NCBI GenBank assembly: GCA_038322045.1
Contig: JBBQFP010000008.1
Location: 9,622-73,621 of the forward strand
DNA length: 64,000 nt
Reading direction: 5' to 3'
Source: Actinomycetes bacterium
GTDB lineage: Bacteria; Actinomycetota; Actinomycetes; JBBQFP01
Shown: in pieces, positions 16,654-24,652 of the stretch
Layout: each line of letters opens with the position of its first letter
How positions within the stretch are numbered: position 1 is the stretch's first letter
Translations under genes and position numbers: made by a program
The notes under the pieces: model-generated
What the model was told of the DNA's origin: nothing
Databases searched by the model: none
What the model saw: only the letters and a program-made list of their open reading frames with translations

Positions 16654-18081
16654 TCAGTCGGCGTAGGTTGCTCCGAGTCGGTGCCCGTGCTCGGGTGTGG
16701 TGATCGGTAGGCCTGCTGTGGCCGCGTTGGGGAAGTCGTCGTCGACATGCACCAGGTCGACTCCGGCGGGCTCGAGCAGTGAGGCGCCTACCGAGGCTCG
16801 GAAGCCGCTGCCGCAGTAGATCCAAACCGGTCCATGCGCGGAGTTCTCCGTCACCCAGGCCGTGACCTCGTCGAGGCGCCCGCGGAGCTCGTGCAGGGGG
16901 ACATGCTTCGCCCCGGCGACGTAGCCGTTGTCGTACTCGCTGTTGCGGCGAAGGTCGAGCATGGGGAGGTGGGCATCGTTGGCGAGTGCCTCGGCCATCT
17001 CGACGTGGGTAGCCCGGCGATACGACGACAGCGGGGCGGTGCTGCTCGCCCAGTCGGCCGGTGAGCCGACGGCGTAGGCCGCGGGGCGGTCGATGCCGAT
17101 CCGGACCAGCTCGCGCTGCATGTCGCTGACCTCGTCCAGGGTGGCGCCGATCAGGGTGAGCGGGGTGCCCCAGTCGATGAGCCATCCGAGGTAGGTGATG
17201 GCGTTGCCGTGGACGTCGAAGGACAGCGAGCCCTTGATGTGCCCGGCGGCGAACAGGCGGCGGTGGCGCAGGTCGACGACCCACTCGCCCGCGGCCACGC
17301 GTCGGGCGATGTCCTGGGCGGTGGCAACCTGGGGGAGGGACAGGTCGATGGGGCCGCCGCCGGCCTGGTTGGCTGGGCCCATGTGGGCGTAGTACGCCGG
17401 GAACGCGTCGAGGCCGGCGATGAGCTCCGAGACGAACGTCTCCTCGTCGACGGTGAACGCCGGGTTGCTCGCGATCTGCTCGGCGAGGGTCGAGGCGGTG
17501 CCGACGGTGGCCGTGGCGCTGCAGAAGGACCCGAACCCGTGGGTGGGGTAGACCTGCGCGGACGGGCTCACGTCGACGGCGAGACGGCGCATCGAGTTCC
17601 ACTGTGCCCGGGCCAGCGGCTCGGTGAGCTCAGGCCCGAGCAGGTCGGGGCGCCCGACGCTGCCGAAGAGCAGAGAGCCTCCGGTGAACAGCGCGAGGTC
17701 CTGGCCCTCGACGTTGACGGCGAAGGAGATGTGGTTGGGCGTGTGCCCCGGGGTGTGGATCACCCGCACGAGCCCGAGGTCAGCGTCGATCTCAGCCTTG
17801 TCGCTGAGGCGGTGGGCGTGGAAGCCGATGTCCATGCCGTGGGGGACGGCGTACTCGGCTCCGAGGACGCGGGCGAGCTCGAGGCCGCCGCTGACGTAGT
17901 CGTTGTGGAAGTGGGTCTCCAGCACGTGCGAGACGGTCCAGCCTCTGTCGGCGAGGACGGCCTCGACGCGGTCGATGTCGCGCTGCGGGTCGATGACGAT
18001 GGCGCTCCCACCGCGTCCCACGACGTAGCTGCGGTCACCGAGGTTCGCGGTTTCGATCGAGACGACGTCGAGCGTGCTCAT
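16654..18081 (-). CDS. MBL-fold hydrolase fused to rhodanese domains (persulfide-dioxygenase/CstB-like)
   Basis: 475 aa. N-terminal metallo-beta-lactamase fold (ETHFHNDYVSGG, HTPGHTPNH). The C-terminal rhodanese region ends with the active-site loop YCGSGFRAS. ATGA overlap with the upstream rhodanese gene. Confidence 0.85.
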   Translation of the reverse strand: MSTLDVVSIETANLGDRSYVVGRGGSAIVIDPQRDIDRVEAVLADRGWTVSHVLETHFHNDYVSGGLELARVLGAEYAVPHGMDIGFHAHRLSDKAEIDADLGLVRVIHTPGHTPNHISFAVNVEGQDLALFTGGSLLFGSVGRPDLLGPELTEPLARAQWNSMRRLAVDVSPSAQVYPTHGFGSFCSATATVGTASTLAEQIASNPAFTVDEETFVSELIAGLDAFPAYYAHMGPANQAGGGPIDLSLPQVATAQDIARRVAAGEWVVDLRHRRLFAAGHIKGSLSFDVHGNAITYLGWLIDWGTPLTLIGATLDEVSDMQRELVRIGIDRPAAYAVGSPADWASSTAPLSSYRRATHVEMAEALANDAHLPMLDLRRNSEYDNGYVAGAKHVPLHELRGRLDEVTAWVTENSAHGPVWIYCGSGFRASVGASLLEPAGVDLVHVDDDFPNAATAGLPITTPEHGHRLGATYAD

Positions 18082-18473
18082 GAGGTTGCCACCTTTGCTC
18101 CAGCCGACACGAGGTCGGCATATCCACCGGACAGGTTGGAGACGTGGGTGAAGCCGGCCTTGCCCATGGCGTCGGACGCGATCGTCGATCGGCGTCCGCT
18201 ATGGCAGTACACGGCGTAGGTCGCGCTCTTGTCGAGCTTGGCGAGCCTCGCGTCGAACGTGGGTGCCTCGACGTCGACGTTGATGGCACCCTGGATGTGG
18301 CCAGCGGCGTACTCGGACGGGGTCCGCACGTCGACCGTGACCGCGCCTGACTGGGCTGCGGTCGTCAGGAAGGTCCGGGGGTCGACGGACTGGACGCTGC
18401 CTCCGCTAGAGCCGCAGCCGGTGAGCAGTGCGAGGCCGAACAGAGCGGCCAGCAGGACGAAGATCTTCTTCAC
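18078..18473 (-). CDS. Rhodanese-domain lipoprotein (sulfurtransferase)
   Basis: Lipoprotein signal MKKIFVLLAALFGLALLTGC and catalytic loop CHSGRRS. Confidence 0.8.
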   Translation of the reverse strand: MKKIFVLLAALFGLALLTGCGSSGGSVQSVDPRTFLTTAAQSGAVTVDVRTPSEYAAGHIQGAINVDVEAPTFDARLAKLDKSATYAVYCHSGRRSTIASDAMGKAGFTHVSNLSGGYADLVSAGAKVATS

Positions 18474-18482
18474 GTCTCTCCC

Positions 18483-18845
18483 CTAGATGATGGTCGGGGT
18501 GCTGCCGGGATCGGCAGTGACTGGGGCCCCTGCGTCGCGCCAGGCCTGCATGCCACCGGCGAGGTTGACGGCGTCGACGCCCGCGATGCGCAGCATCGAG
18601 GTCGCGAACGCCGATCGGCGGCCCGAGCGGCACACGGCGATGACCCGTCGCTGCCGGTCCATGGTGCTTGTCGACTCGGACAGCACGCCCATGGGGATGT
18701 GCACGGCGTGAGGGGCGTGCCCGGCGTCCCACTCCCTGGGCTCGCGGACGTCGAGGAGCAGGGCGTCGCCCTCCAGGAGCGATAGGGCCTCCTGGACGTC
18801 CACCGTCGGGACCTCGGGCTGCAGCGGCGCCAGTGCGTCGGTCAT
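18483..18845 (-). CDS. Rhodanese-domain protein
   Basis: The start is taken at the ATG giving MTDALAPLQ.... Catalytic loop CRSGRRS. 4-nt overlap with the upstream rhodanese gene. Confidence 0.75.
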   Translation of the reverse strand: MTDALAPLQPEVPTVDVQEALSLLEGDALLLDVREPREWDAGHAPHAVHIPMGVLSESTSTMDRQRRVIAVCRSGRRSAFATSMLRIAGVDAVNLAGGMQAWRDAGAPVTADPGSTPTII

Positions 18846-19174
18846 CGCGCGGCCGTCGAGTGCAGGCCGCTCGCCACCGGCATCCCTGCTGCACGCCACG
18901 CGGCCATGCCGCCGCTGACGCTGCGGACGTCGAAGCCGTGCTGCGCGAGATAGGCGCACGCCTGGGCCGATCGGCCACCAGATTCACAGACGACGTAGTA
19001 GGTCTCGGAGCGGCTGAGCTCGGACGTACGCAGCGGCACGATGGGCAGGGGCACGAACGTCGCTCCCCCGATGTGGCCGCGCTCGAACTCGTCGGCGTTG
19101 CGCACATCGATGAACGCGCCGCGGCGAAGCGCCCGGGCTTGAGCGGCTTCCTGGACGGTGACGGTCTGGATCAC
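18842..19174 (-). CDS. Rhodanese-domain protein
   Basis: GTG at 19174 overlaps the thioredoxin stop (GTGA). VIQTVTVQEAAQA..., catalytic loop CESGGRS. Confidence 0.75.
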   Translation of the reverse strand: MIQTVTVQEAAQARALRRGAFIDVRNADEFERGHIGGATFVPLPIVPLRTSELSRSETYYVVCESGGRSAQACAYLAQHGFDVRSVSGGMAAWRAAGMPVASGLHSTAAR

Positions 19175-19527
19175 GCCGAGGCCACCTTCGCCTTGACCTC
19201 GGTCATGTCGAGGTCGCGCACCTGCTGGATCAGGTCCTCGAGGGCCTTCGCCGGCAGCGCCCCGGCCTCGCGGTAGAGCAGGATCCCGTCGCGAAAGACC
19301 ATGAGCGTGGGGATGGCGGTGATCTGCGCGGTCGCGGCGAGTGACTGCTCGGCTTCCGTGTCGACCTTGCCGAACGTGATGTCGGGGTGGGTCTCGGATG
19401 CCTTCTCGAAGATGGGTGCGAAGGCGCGGCACGGGCCGCACCAGGAGGCCCAAAAGTCGACGAGCGTGACGCCGTCGCCGGTCGCCTCCTCCTCGAAGTT
19501 CTGTTCGGTCAACTGAACGGTGGCCAT
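19171..19527 (-). CDS. trxA: Thioredoxin
   Basis: MATVQLTEQNFEE...LVDFWASWCGPCRAFAP carries the WCGPC active site. A GGAGCAAGG ribosome-binding site lies upstream of the ATG at 19527. Confidence 0.9.
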   Translation of the reverse strand: MATVQLTEQNFEEEATGDGVTLVDFWASWCGPCRAFAPIFEKASETHPDITFGKVDTEAEQSLAATAQITAIPTLMVFRDGILLYREAGALPAKALEDLIQQVRDLDMTEVKAKVASA

Positions 19528-19567
19528 GCCTTGCTCCTTCCGACGGGTCCTGTGCAGACCATAACAG

Positions 19568-19585
19568 CATACCCCCAGGGGTATG
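19568..19585. promoter_or_regulatory. CsoR/CstR-family-type operator palindrome, upstream of the trx-rhodanese operon
   Basis: CATACCCC-CA-GGGGTATG, with 8-bp perfect arms, 40 nt upstream of the trx ATG in a non-coding gap. Confidence 0.6.
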
Positions 19586-19695
19586 TTCCCGGTCTCGTTG
19601 TGGAGTGGACGTGGGGTGCCCATACGCGGGAGCTGACGGCGCCTCGCCGACGGACACGTGAAGGATGCGACGTCCTGGATCTCCCCGCCGGCGAG

Positions 19696-20046
19696 TCAGT
19701 CGATGTCGGTGATGGCGGCCACCAACTCGGCAAGCGCGTCGAGGCCGCCCGTCCGGTAGGCGACCCAGTCCACGCCGGCACCGCGGTCGGTCAGCCGGTC
19801 CAGGTCCTCGCTCCAGACACGGCGCACAGGCGCGGCCACGAGGCCGGCGTCCTGCGCCGAACGTCGGGCCTGACGCGAAACCTCGTTCAAGGCGGCCCAG
19901 CGGCCTTCGTGGTACTTGACTCCGGGAGCCGAGGTTCCCGCACGGCTCAGAGAGCAGACAGCGACACCACCGGTCGCCGCATCCAGGTCCCGTCCGGCCT
20001 GGGCTAGAAGCTCGGTCAGCACGCCCTCGGACCGTCGCGCGGTCAC
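19696..20046 (-). CDS. Hypothetical protein (116 aa), translationally coupled to the CPxC membrane protein
   Basis: GTG at 20046 overlaps the upstream stop (GTGA). Non-repetitive sequence: ...GVKYHEGRWAALNEVSRQARRSAQDAGL.... No family recognised. Confidence 0.5.
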   Translation of the reverse strand: MTARRSEGVLTELLAQAGRDLDAATGGVAVCSLSRAGTSAPGVKYHEGRWAALNEVSRQARRSAQDAGLVAAPVRRVWSEDLDRLTDRGAGVDWVAYRTGGLDALAELVAAITDID

Positions 20047-20537
20047 GTCGATACGTCCGCGCGGGTCGATGACCGCGGAGTCACCGGACAGGAGCGCTCT
20101 CCTGCCAGTCGCCGGCGCAACGCGTAACCGAGAAGGAGCATGCCCGCGACCGCGAGGACGGGCTGCACCGGAGCGAACCACTGGACGGATCCGGCGGCCC
20201 CGAGTGCTAGCAGCGCGACCTTGTTGCAGACCGGGCAGCCGACCGCGAGGTAGGTGAGGAACCCACCGGCGAGGCTCGATCGTGACGAGCTGTCCGGCGG
20301 CAACTCTGCCGGTGAGTGCACGTACGTCGCCGTCACCAGGCCGGACAGCGCAGCCGTCACGAGCAGAACCGGCCAGGCCCACCACGTCGGAGCGACCGCC
20401 CGCCCGAACCACGGATTGGGGACCAGGACTGTGGGCACGCCGACGACGAGCACCATGAGGAGTGTTGCGCCCAGCGACACAGCCCAACGACGCGCAGGCC
20501 ACGTTCGCATCAGGGCAGCACCTCGAGAACCAAGCAT
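20043..20537 (-). CDS. Integral membrane protein with an intramembrane CPxC motif
   Basis: About 4 TM helices. AVGCPVCNKVALLALGAAG lies inside a predicted TM segment. The start is at 20537 or the ATG at 20510. Confidence 0.6.
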   Translation of the reverse strand: MLGSRGAALMRTWPARRWAVSLGATLLMVLVVGVPTVLVPNPWFGRAVAPTWWAWPVLLVTAALSGLVTATYVHSPAELPPDSSSRSSLAGGFLTYLAVGCPVCNKVALLALGAAGSVQWFAPVQPVLAVAGMLLLGYALRRRLAGERSCPVTPRSSTRADVST

Positions 20538-20540
20538 GTC

Positions 20541-20568
20541 GGCACGATACCCTAGGGGGTATCGTGCC
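20541..20568. promoter_or_regulatory. CsoR/CstR-family-type operator palindrome, upstream of the CPxC membrane protein gene
   Basis: GGCACGATACCCT-AG-GGGGTATCGTGCC. The 16-bp core is at 20547-20562, with one central mismatch. The arms extend to 12 bp. Confidence 0.55.
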
Positions 20569-20627
20569 GAGTGTGCAGCTCGAGAGAGGCGCTCGCCAGG
20601 GTCGGCATCAGGGAGCCTCCCCTACGG

Positions 20628-21335
20628 TCAGCCGCCGAACGCGGCCAGGTGACGCTGCGACGCCGTGATCATGTTTGTGTAGACGCGCACGACGTCAGGA
20701 GCCGTGACCCCGGACTTCGCCGCGATGAGATCCGCGATGTCGGTCTTCTCCACGGTGACGCCGGCAGTCAAGGCCTTCGCGCTGGTGGTCGCTCCGGCGA
20801 GCAGACGGTCGTACAGGGACTGCGCCCGGGTGCTGGCGAACGTCCCCTCGGCCAACCCAGCGGTGGGATCGGTGATGCCGTAGCGCGTCATCAGCGTGCG
20901 GACCGCCGCGAGGTGCATCGACTCGGCGCGAGCGATACGTGAGAACTGGGTGTCGGCCGGGTACTTGGCACCGAGAGCGACGTAGAGGTCGTGGGCGAGC
21001 TTCTCCTCGTCGGCCATGGATGCCAGCGACGCCTTCTGGGTTGCGGTAAGGGTTCCGGAAGCCACGTCGGCCGGGCCCATCATCCTGCTGCCGCCACGCA
21101 TGCCGCCACGTTGACCACTCATCGTGGAGGTGTCCGGCACTCCGCTGACGTTGCCCCATCGACCCATGCCTGGGCCTGTGCCGGCGGGGCCCGTCCCGAC
21201 TCCGGTGCAGCTGCCACTGACTGACGCAGTGCCCGCGGCCCAGGGACCGGCCTGTGCGAGGGCTGGCGTGGCCATGAGAGCGATGGCGGTGACGCCGGCA
21301 GCGAGGCCGCCGGTGATCGTGAGATTGCGACGCAT
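20628..21335 (-). CDS. Secreted ferritin-like DUF2202-type protein with a Gly/Met-rich N-terminal region
   Basis: Signal peptide MRRNLTITGGLAAGVTAIALMATPALAQA. The C-terminal half LASMADEEKLAHDLYVALG...ARAESMHLAAVRTLM resembles the DUF2202 ferritin-like fold. An AAGGAG ribosome-binding site is present. Confidence 0.7.
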   Translation of the reverse strand: MRRNLTITGGLAAGVTAIALMATPALAQAGPWAAGTASVSGSCTGVGTGPAGTGPGMGRWGNVSGVPDTSTMSGQRGGMRGGSRMMGPADVASGTLTATQKASLASMADEEKLAHDLYVALGAKYPADTQFSRIARAESMHLAAVRTLMTRYGITDPTAGLAEGTFASTRAQSLYDRLLAGATTSAKALTAGVTVEKTDIADLIAAKSGVTAPDVVRVYTNMITASQRHLAAFGG

Positions 21336-21506
21336 GGTGTGCTCCTTCGACTGAGCCCGGCTGATGAGTCGGGTCGATGCGGTTGTTCGTCCACTGCTCA
21401 CGATGGGTCGGAGATCTGCATCCGGGATGTGGGCGATGTGGAGTTCCTGTGGAGATTCACCCGCGCGGACGCTGACACCGCTCTTGGCGCGGAGAGATTG
21501 GGCAGG

Positions 21507-22199
21507 ATGACAGGCGTGCCCACGATTCTGGTCGTCGAGGATGAACGCGACATTCGCGACCTTCTGCGTCGCTACCTCGAGCGCGCCGGTCATTGCGTGC
21601 TGAGCGCGTCCACGGGAGTCGAGGCGCTACGGATCCTCGAGGAGAGCCAGCCGGACCTGGTCCTGCTCGATCTCGGACTCCCGGACATCGACGGATTCGA
21701 TGTCCTCCGCACGGCGACGGCGACTTCTGTGCCGGTGATCGCGCTCACCGCGCGCAGCTCGGTCGAGGAGCGTATCGCCGGCCTCGAACGAGGAGCCGAT
21801 GACTACGTGACGAAGCCGTTCAGCCCGCGTGAGGTCGTGCTTCGGGTCAATGCGGTGCTCAGCCGGAACGACGTCCCGACAGACGTTGCGGTGGCCTCGT
21901 TCGGCGGGGGTCGGCTCACGATCGACACCGCACGGCACGTTGCGAGCCTGGACTCCGCGGATCTCGATCTCACTCCGACCGAGTGGGGGTTGCTCACGAC
22001 CCTGGCCGGCACCCCGGGGCGGGTCTTCTCACGCAGTGAGCTGGTCAACCGCGTTCGCGGCTACGCGTTCGCCGGATATGAACGAACCATCGATTCGCAC
22101 GTCAAGAACCTGCGCCACAAGCTCGGTTCGGACGGGGCGCAGATCCTTGAGACGGTACTCGGCGTCGGCTACCGACTGGGACTCAACCGTGACCACTGA
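21507..22199 (+). CDS. OmpR-family response regulator
   Basis: ILVVEDERDIRDLL...DLVLLDLGLPDIDG receiver domain, plus the winged-helix C-terminus ...LETVLGVGYRL. Confidence 0.9.
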   Translation: MTGVPTILVVEDERDIRDLLRRYLERAGHCVLSASTGVEALRILEESQPDLVLLDLGLPDIDGFDVLRTATATSVPVIALTARSSVEERIAGLERGADDYVTKPFSPREVVLRVNAVLSRNDVPTDVAVASFGGGRLTIDTARHVASLDSADLDLTPTEWGLLTTLAGTPGRVFSRSELVNRVRGYAFAGYERTIDSHVKNLRHKLGSDGAQILETVLGVGYRLGLNRDH

Positions 22200-23571
22200 G
22201 CCGCGACGCGGGCTCGGCCCGCTGGGACACCGCCTGCTTGCCGCGTTCGTCCTGGTCGCGCTGTCCTCCGTCGCCGTGCTCACGATTGCCGCGCTCGTTG
22301 GCACGGCCCGAGGGTTCGCGGCGGGGGAGGCGGCCGACCGCAGGGCTGCCGCGGCAGGAGCGTCATCGGCCGCCGCCGACGCGTACTCCCGTGCCGGGGG
22401 ATGGGACAGCGCCGATCTCTCGAGTGCCGACACCATCGCTGCCACAGCTGGCGCCCGCTTGGCGGTGCGTGACACGAACGGAACGGTGGTCAGATCCCCG
22501 AACGGTTCCACGATGGGCAACGGCATGGGTGGCATGGGCACGGCCGCGGGTTCCGGTGCCGTCGTCGCACCGGTGGTCGTGGACGGTGCGACGGTCGGAA
22601 CGGTCCGGCTCGCCTTCGGTTCTGCGTCTGCGGGCTCTGCGCAGCAGATCGCCTGGACGTGGATCCTCCTCTCGGCGGTGGCGGCGCTCGTCACGGCGCT
22701 CCTGGTGTCCTGGTACGTCACCCGCCGGATCTCACGACCCTTGGTCCGACTGTCCGTGACGACGCGTGCATTCGCGGCCGGGGACCGGTCGGCTCGGGCC
22801 GCAGCAGAAGACGTGTCCGCTCCCGGAGAGCTCGGTGAGCTCGCCCGAGCATTCGATGCCACCGCGAATGATGTCGAGAGATCTGAGATCGCCCGGCGCC
22901 ATATGGCTGCTGATCTCGCCCACGAGCTGCGAACACCGCTGGCCGCCCTGCAAGCAGGCCTCGAGGAGTTGCGCGATGGGTTCGTCGCGTCGGACCAACA
23001 GCGCCTTGCGGCTCTGCACGACCAGTCGCGCCGCGTGGCTCGAGTCGTTGACGACCTGGCCGAGCTCTCGGCTGCGGAGACGGCCTCCCTCTCGCTGCGT
23101 CGTAGCGAGGTCGACCTCGGCTCGCTGGTCGAGGACGCGATATCGGCTGCCCGCCCGGCAATGTCCGCGGCGGGGCTCGCGGTCGAGGCGCAACTCTCAC
23201 CTGGGGTGGTCGTGGACGGCGACCTGGACCGCCTGCATCAGGTGGTCGGGAATCTCTTGAGCAACACGGCGCGGCACTGTCGTCGCGGCGACACGGTGAC
23301 CGTGTCGGTGACGCGTCAGGATCCGTTCGCCGTTCTCGTTGTCGCGGACACCGGTCCGGGCATCGACGCGGCCGACCTGCCGTCGGTTTTCGACCGGCTC
23401 TGGCGGGGGCGCGCGGATGTCGATGCCGCCGGCTCGGGCATAGGACTCGCGGTGGTCCGCGAGCTGGTCAACGCACACGGAGGCACGGTCTCCGCCTCGT
23501 CGGACGGTCGGAGCGGCTCGGAGTTCACGGTCCGGCTCCCGTTGGCACCCGCTTCCGCGCAACGAAACTAG
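22189..23571 (+). CDS. Sensor histidine kinase (TM-HAMP-HisKA-HATPase)
   Basis: The GTG start overlaps the end of the response-regulator gene. H-box MAADLAHELRTPLAAL. The ATPase region has VADTGPGI and GSGIGLAVVRELV. Confidence 0.85.
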   Translation: MTTEPRRGLGPLGHRLLAAFVLVALSSVAVLTIAALVGTARGFAAGEAADRRAAAAGASSAAADAYSRAGGWDSADLSSADTIAATAGARLAVRDTNGTVVRSPNGSTMGNGMGGMGTAAGSGAVVAPVVVDGATVGTVRLAFGSASAGSAQQIAWTWILLSAVAALVTALLVSWYVTRRISRPLVRLSVTTRAFAAGDRSARAAAEDVSAPGELGELARAFDATANDVERSEIARRHMAADLAHELRTPLAALQAGLEELRDGFVASDQQRLAALHDQSRRVARVVDDLAELSAAETASLSLRRSEVDLGSLVEDAISAARPAMSAAGLAVEAQLSPGVVVDGDLDRLHQVVGNLLSNTARHCRRGDTVTVSVTRQDPFAVLVVADTGPGIDAADLPSVFDRLWRGRADVDAAGSGIGLAVVRELVNAHGGTVSASSDGRSGSEFTVRLPLAPASAQRN

Positions 23572-23650
23572 GAGCGTTGTCGCATCGGCTTCGCCCATGT
23601 TGGCGTCCCGGCTGCCCGTGCTCGAGCGGTCGGCGCGACGAGCAACAGGC

Positions 23651-24469
23651 TTACGGGGAGCCCGCGGCACGGACCCGATCCAGGATGCGCGCTGGGATGA
23701 CGTCGTCCGGGTCGCGCCGGTTGCTGAGGGTCGTGTGGACTCCTACGAGGCCCGCGTAGAGCGGCGGGCACGTCGGGCAGGCAGCGAGGTGCTGCTCGAG
23801 CAGCCCTCGCTCGCGCTCGGAGAGCTCGGCGTCGATGTAGTCGGACACCTTGCTGCGTGCGTCCCAGCACCGCATCGGCACTCCCGAAGGGAAGACGTGG
23901 TCCGACGGTCGGGCCAGCTCGGTGACGAGCATCATGCGGCCGCGTCGAAGCCGCTGCTTGGCCGCCGGGAGGCTGACCTGCTGGATCTCGGCGACCTGGG
24001 GCATGGTGAGGCCTTCAGCGTCGTGCAGCACGACAGCCGATCGATAGCCGACCGGTAGGCGCATGAGCCCGTCCTGGAGGCGCTCGCGCACCTCGGCCGC
24101 CTCGAGCACCACTGCGGCGTCGACGGTGTAGGTGTCGTCCTGCCAGAGCAGCTCGACGTGGCCAGCCACGTCCTCGGTGAGGTCAAGGGTGGCTTCTCGA
24201 ACCTTGCGTCCGCGGTCGACGGCGACGTTGTGCAGGATCCGGTGAAGCCACGTGGTCAGCGACGATTCACCGCGGAAGGTTGTTGCCTTCTCCAACGCTC
24301 GAACGACGGTGTCCTGCACGAGGTCTTCGGCCTGCCTGGAGTCGCGCACCAGGGTGCGCGCGTAGCGGAGCAGGCCCGGCACCTCCTCGACCAGCCGGTC
24401 CGCGATCTCATCGCTGCTGGCAGGCACCTCGCCCGAGGCCGCGCCGGACACGGCCACGGTCAGTGGCAC
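23651..24469 (-). CDS. ECF sigma factor with a C-terminally fused ZAS (zf-HC2) anti-sigma-like domain
   Basis: Region 2 (DLVQDTVVRALEK...TWLHRILHNVAVDRGR) and region 4 (GLTMPQVAEIQQVSLPAAKQRLRRGR) are followed by MRCWDARSKVSDYIDAELSERERGLLEQHLAACPTCPPLY, which has the H-x3-C-x2-C signature. Confidence 0.8.
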   Translation of the reverse strand: MPLTVAVSGAASGEVPASSDEIADRLVEEVPGLLRYARTLVRDSRQAEDLVQDTVVRALEKATTFRGESSLTTWLHRILHNVAVDRGRKVREATLDLTEDVAGHVELLWQDDTYTVDAAVVLEAAEVRERLQDGLMRLPVGYRSAVVLHDAEGLTMPQVAEIQQVSLPAAKQRLRRGRMMLVTELARPSDHVFPSGVPMRCWDARSKVSDYIDAELSERERGLLEQHLAACPTCPPLYAGLVGVHTTLSNRRDPDDVIPARILDRVRAAGSP

Positions 24470-24579
24470 ATACAGCGGTTCTCCTGCGGCACGTTACGCA
24501 GGACCTGGTCCACGTGCATGCCACAACCGGAGTAGGTGACCTTGCCACACGAACGACAGACGGCGGGACTGCACATCAT
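24460..24579 (-). CDS. 39-aa cysteine-rich mini-protein (paralog A)
   Basis: MMCSPAVCRSCGKVTYSGCGMHVDQVLRNVPQENRCMCH. A GAGAAGAGG ribosome-binding-site-like element lies upstream. The operator is 22 nt upstream. The stop overlaps the ECF sigma start by 10 nt. A paralog lies at 25811. Confidence 0.6.
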   Translation of the reverse strand: MMCSPAVCRSCGKVTYSGCGMHVDQVLRNVPQENRCMCH

Positions 24580-24601
24580 GGACCTCTTCTCTCGTGAACG
24601 A

Positions 24602-24639
24602 GTGACAACAGCATACCCCAGGGGGTATGCTGTTGTCAC
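24602..24639. promoter_or_regulatory. Extended perfect palindrome containing the CsoR/CstR-type operator core
   Basis: GTGACAACAGCATACCCC-AG-GGGGTATGCTGTTGTCAC: 18-bp perfect arms with a 2-nt spacer. The core ATACCCCAGGGGGTAT is at 24613-24628. Confidence 0.65.
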
Positions 24640-24652
24640 ATTCATCCAGCGA

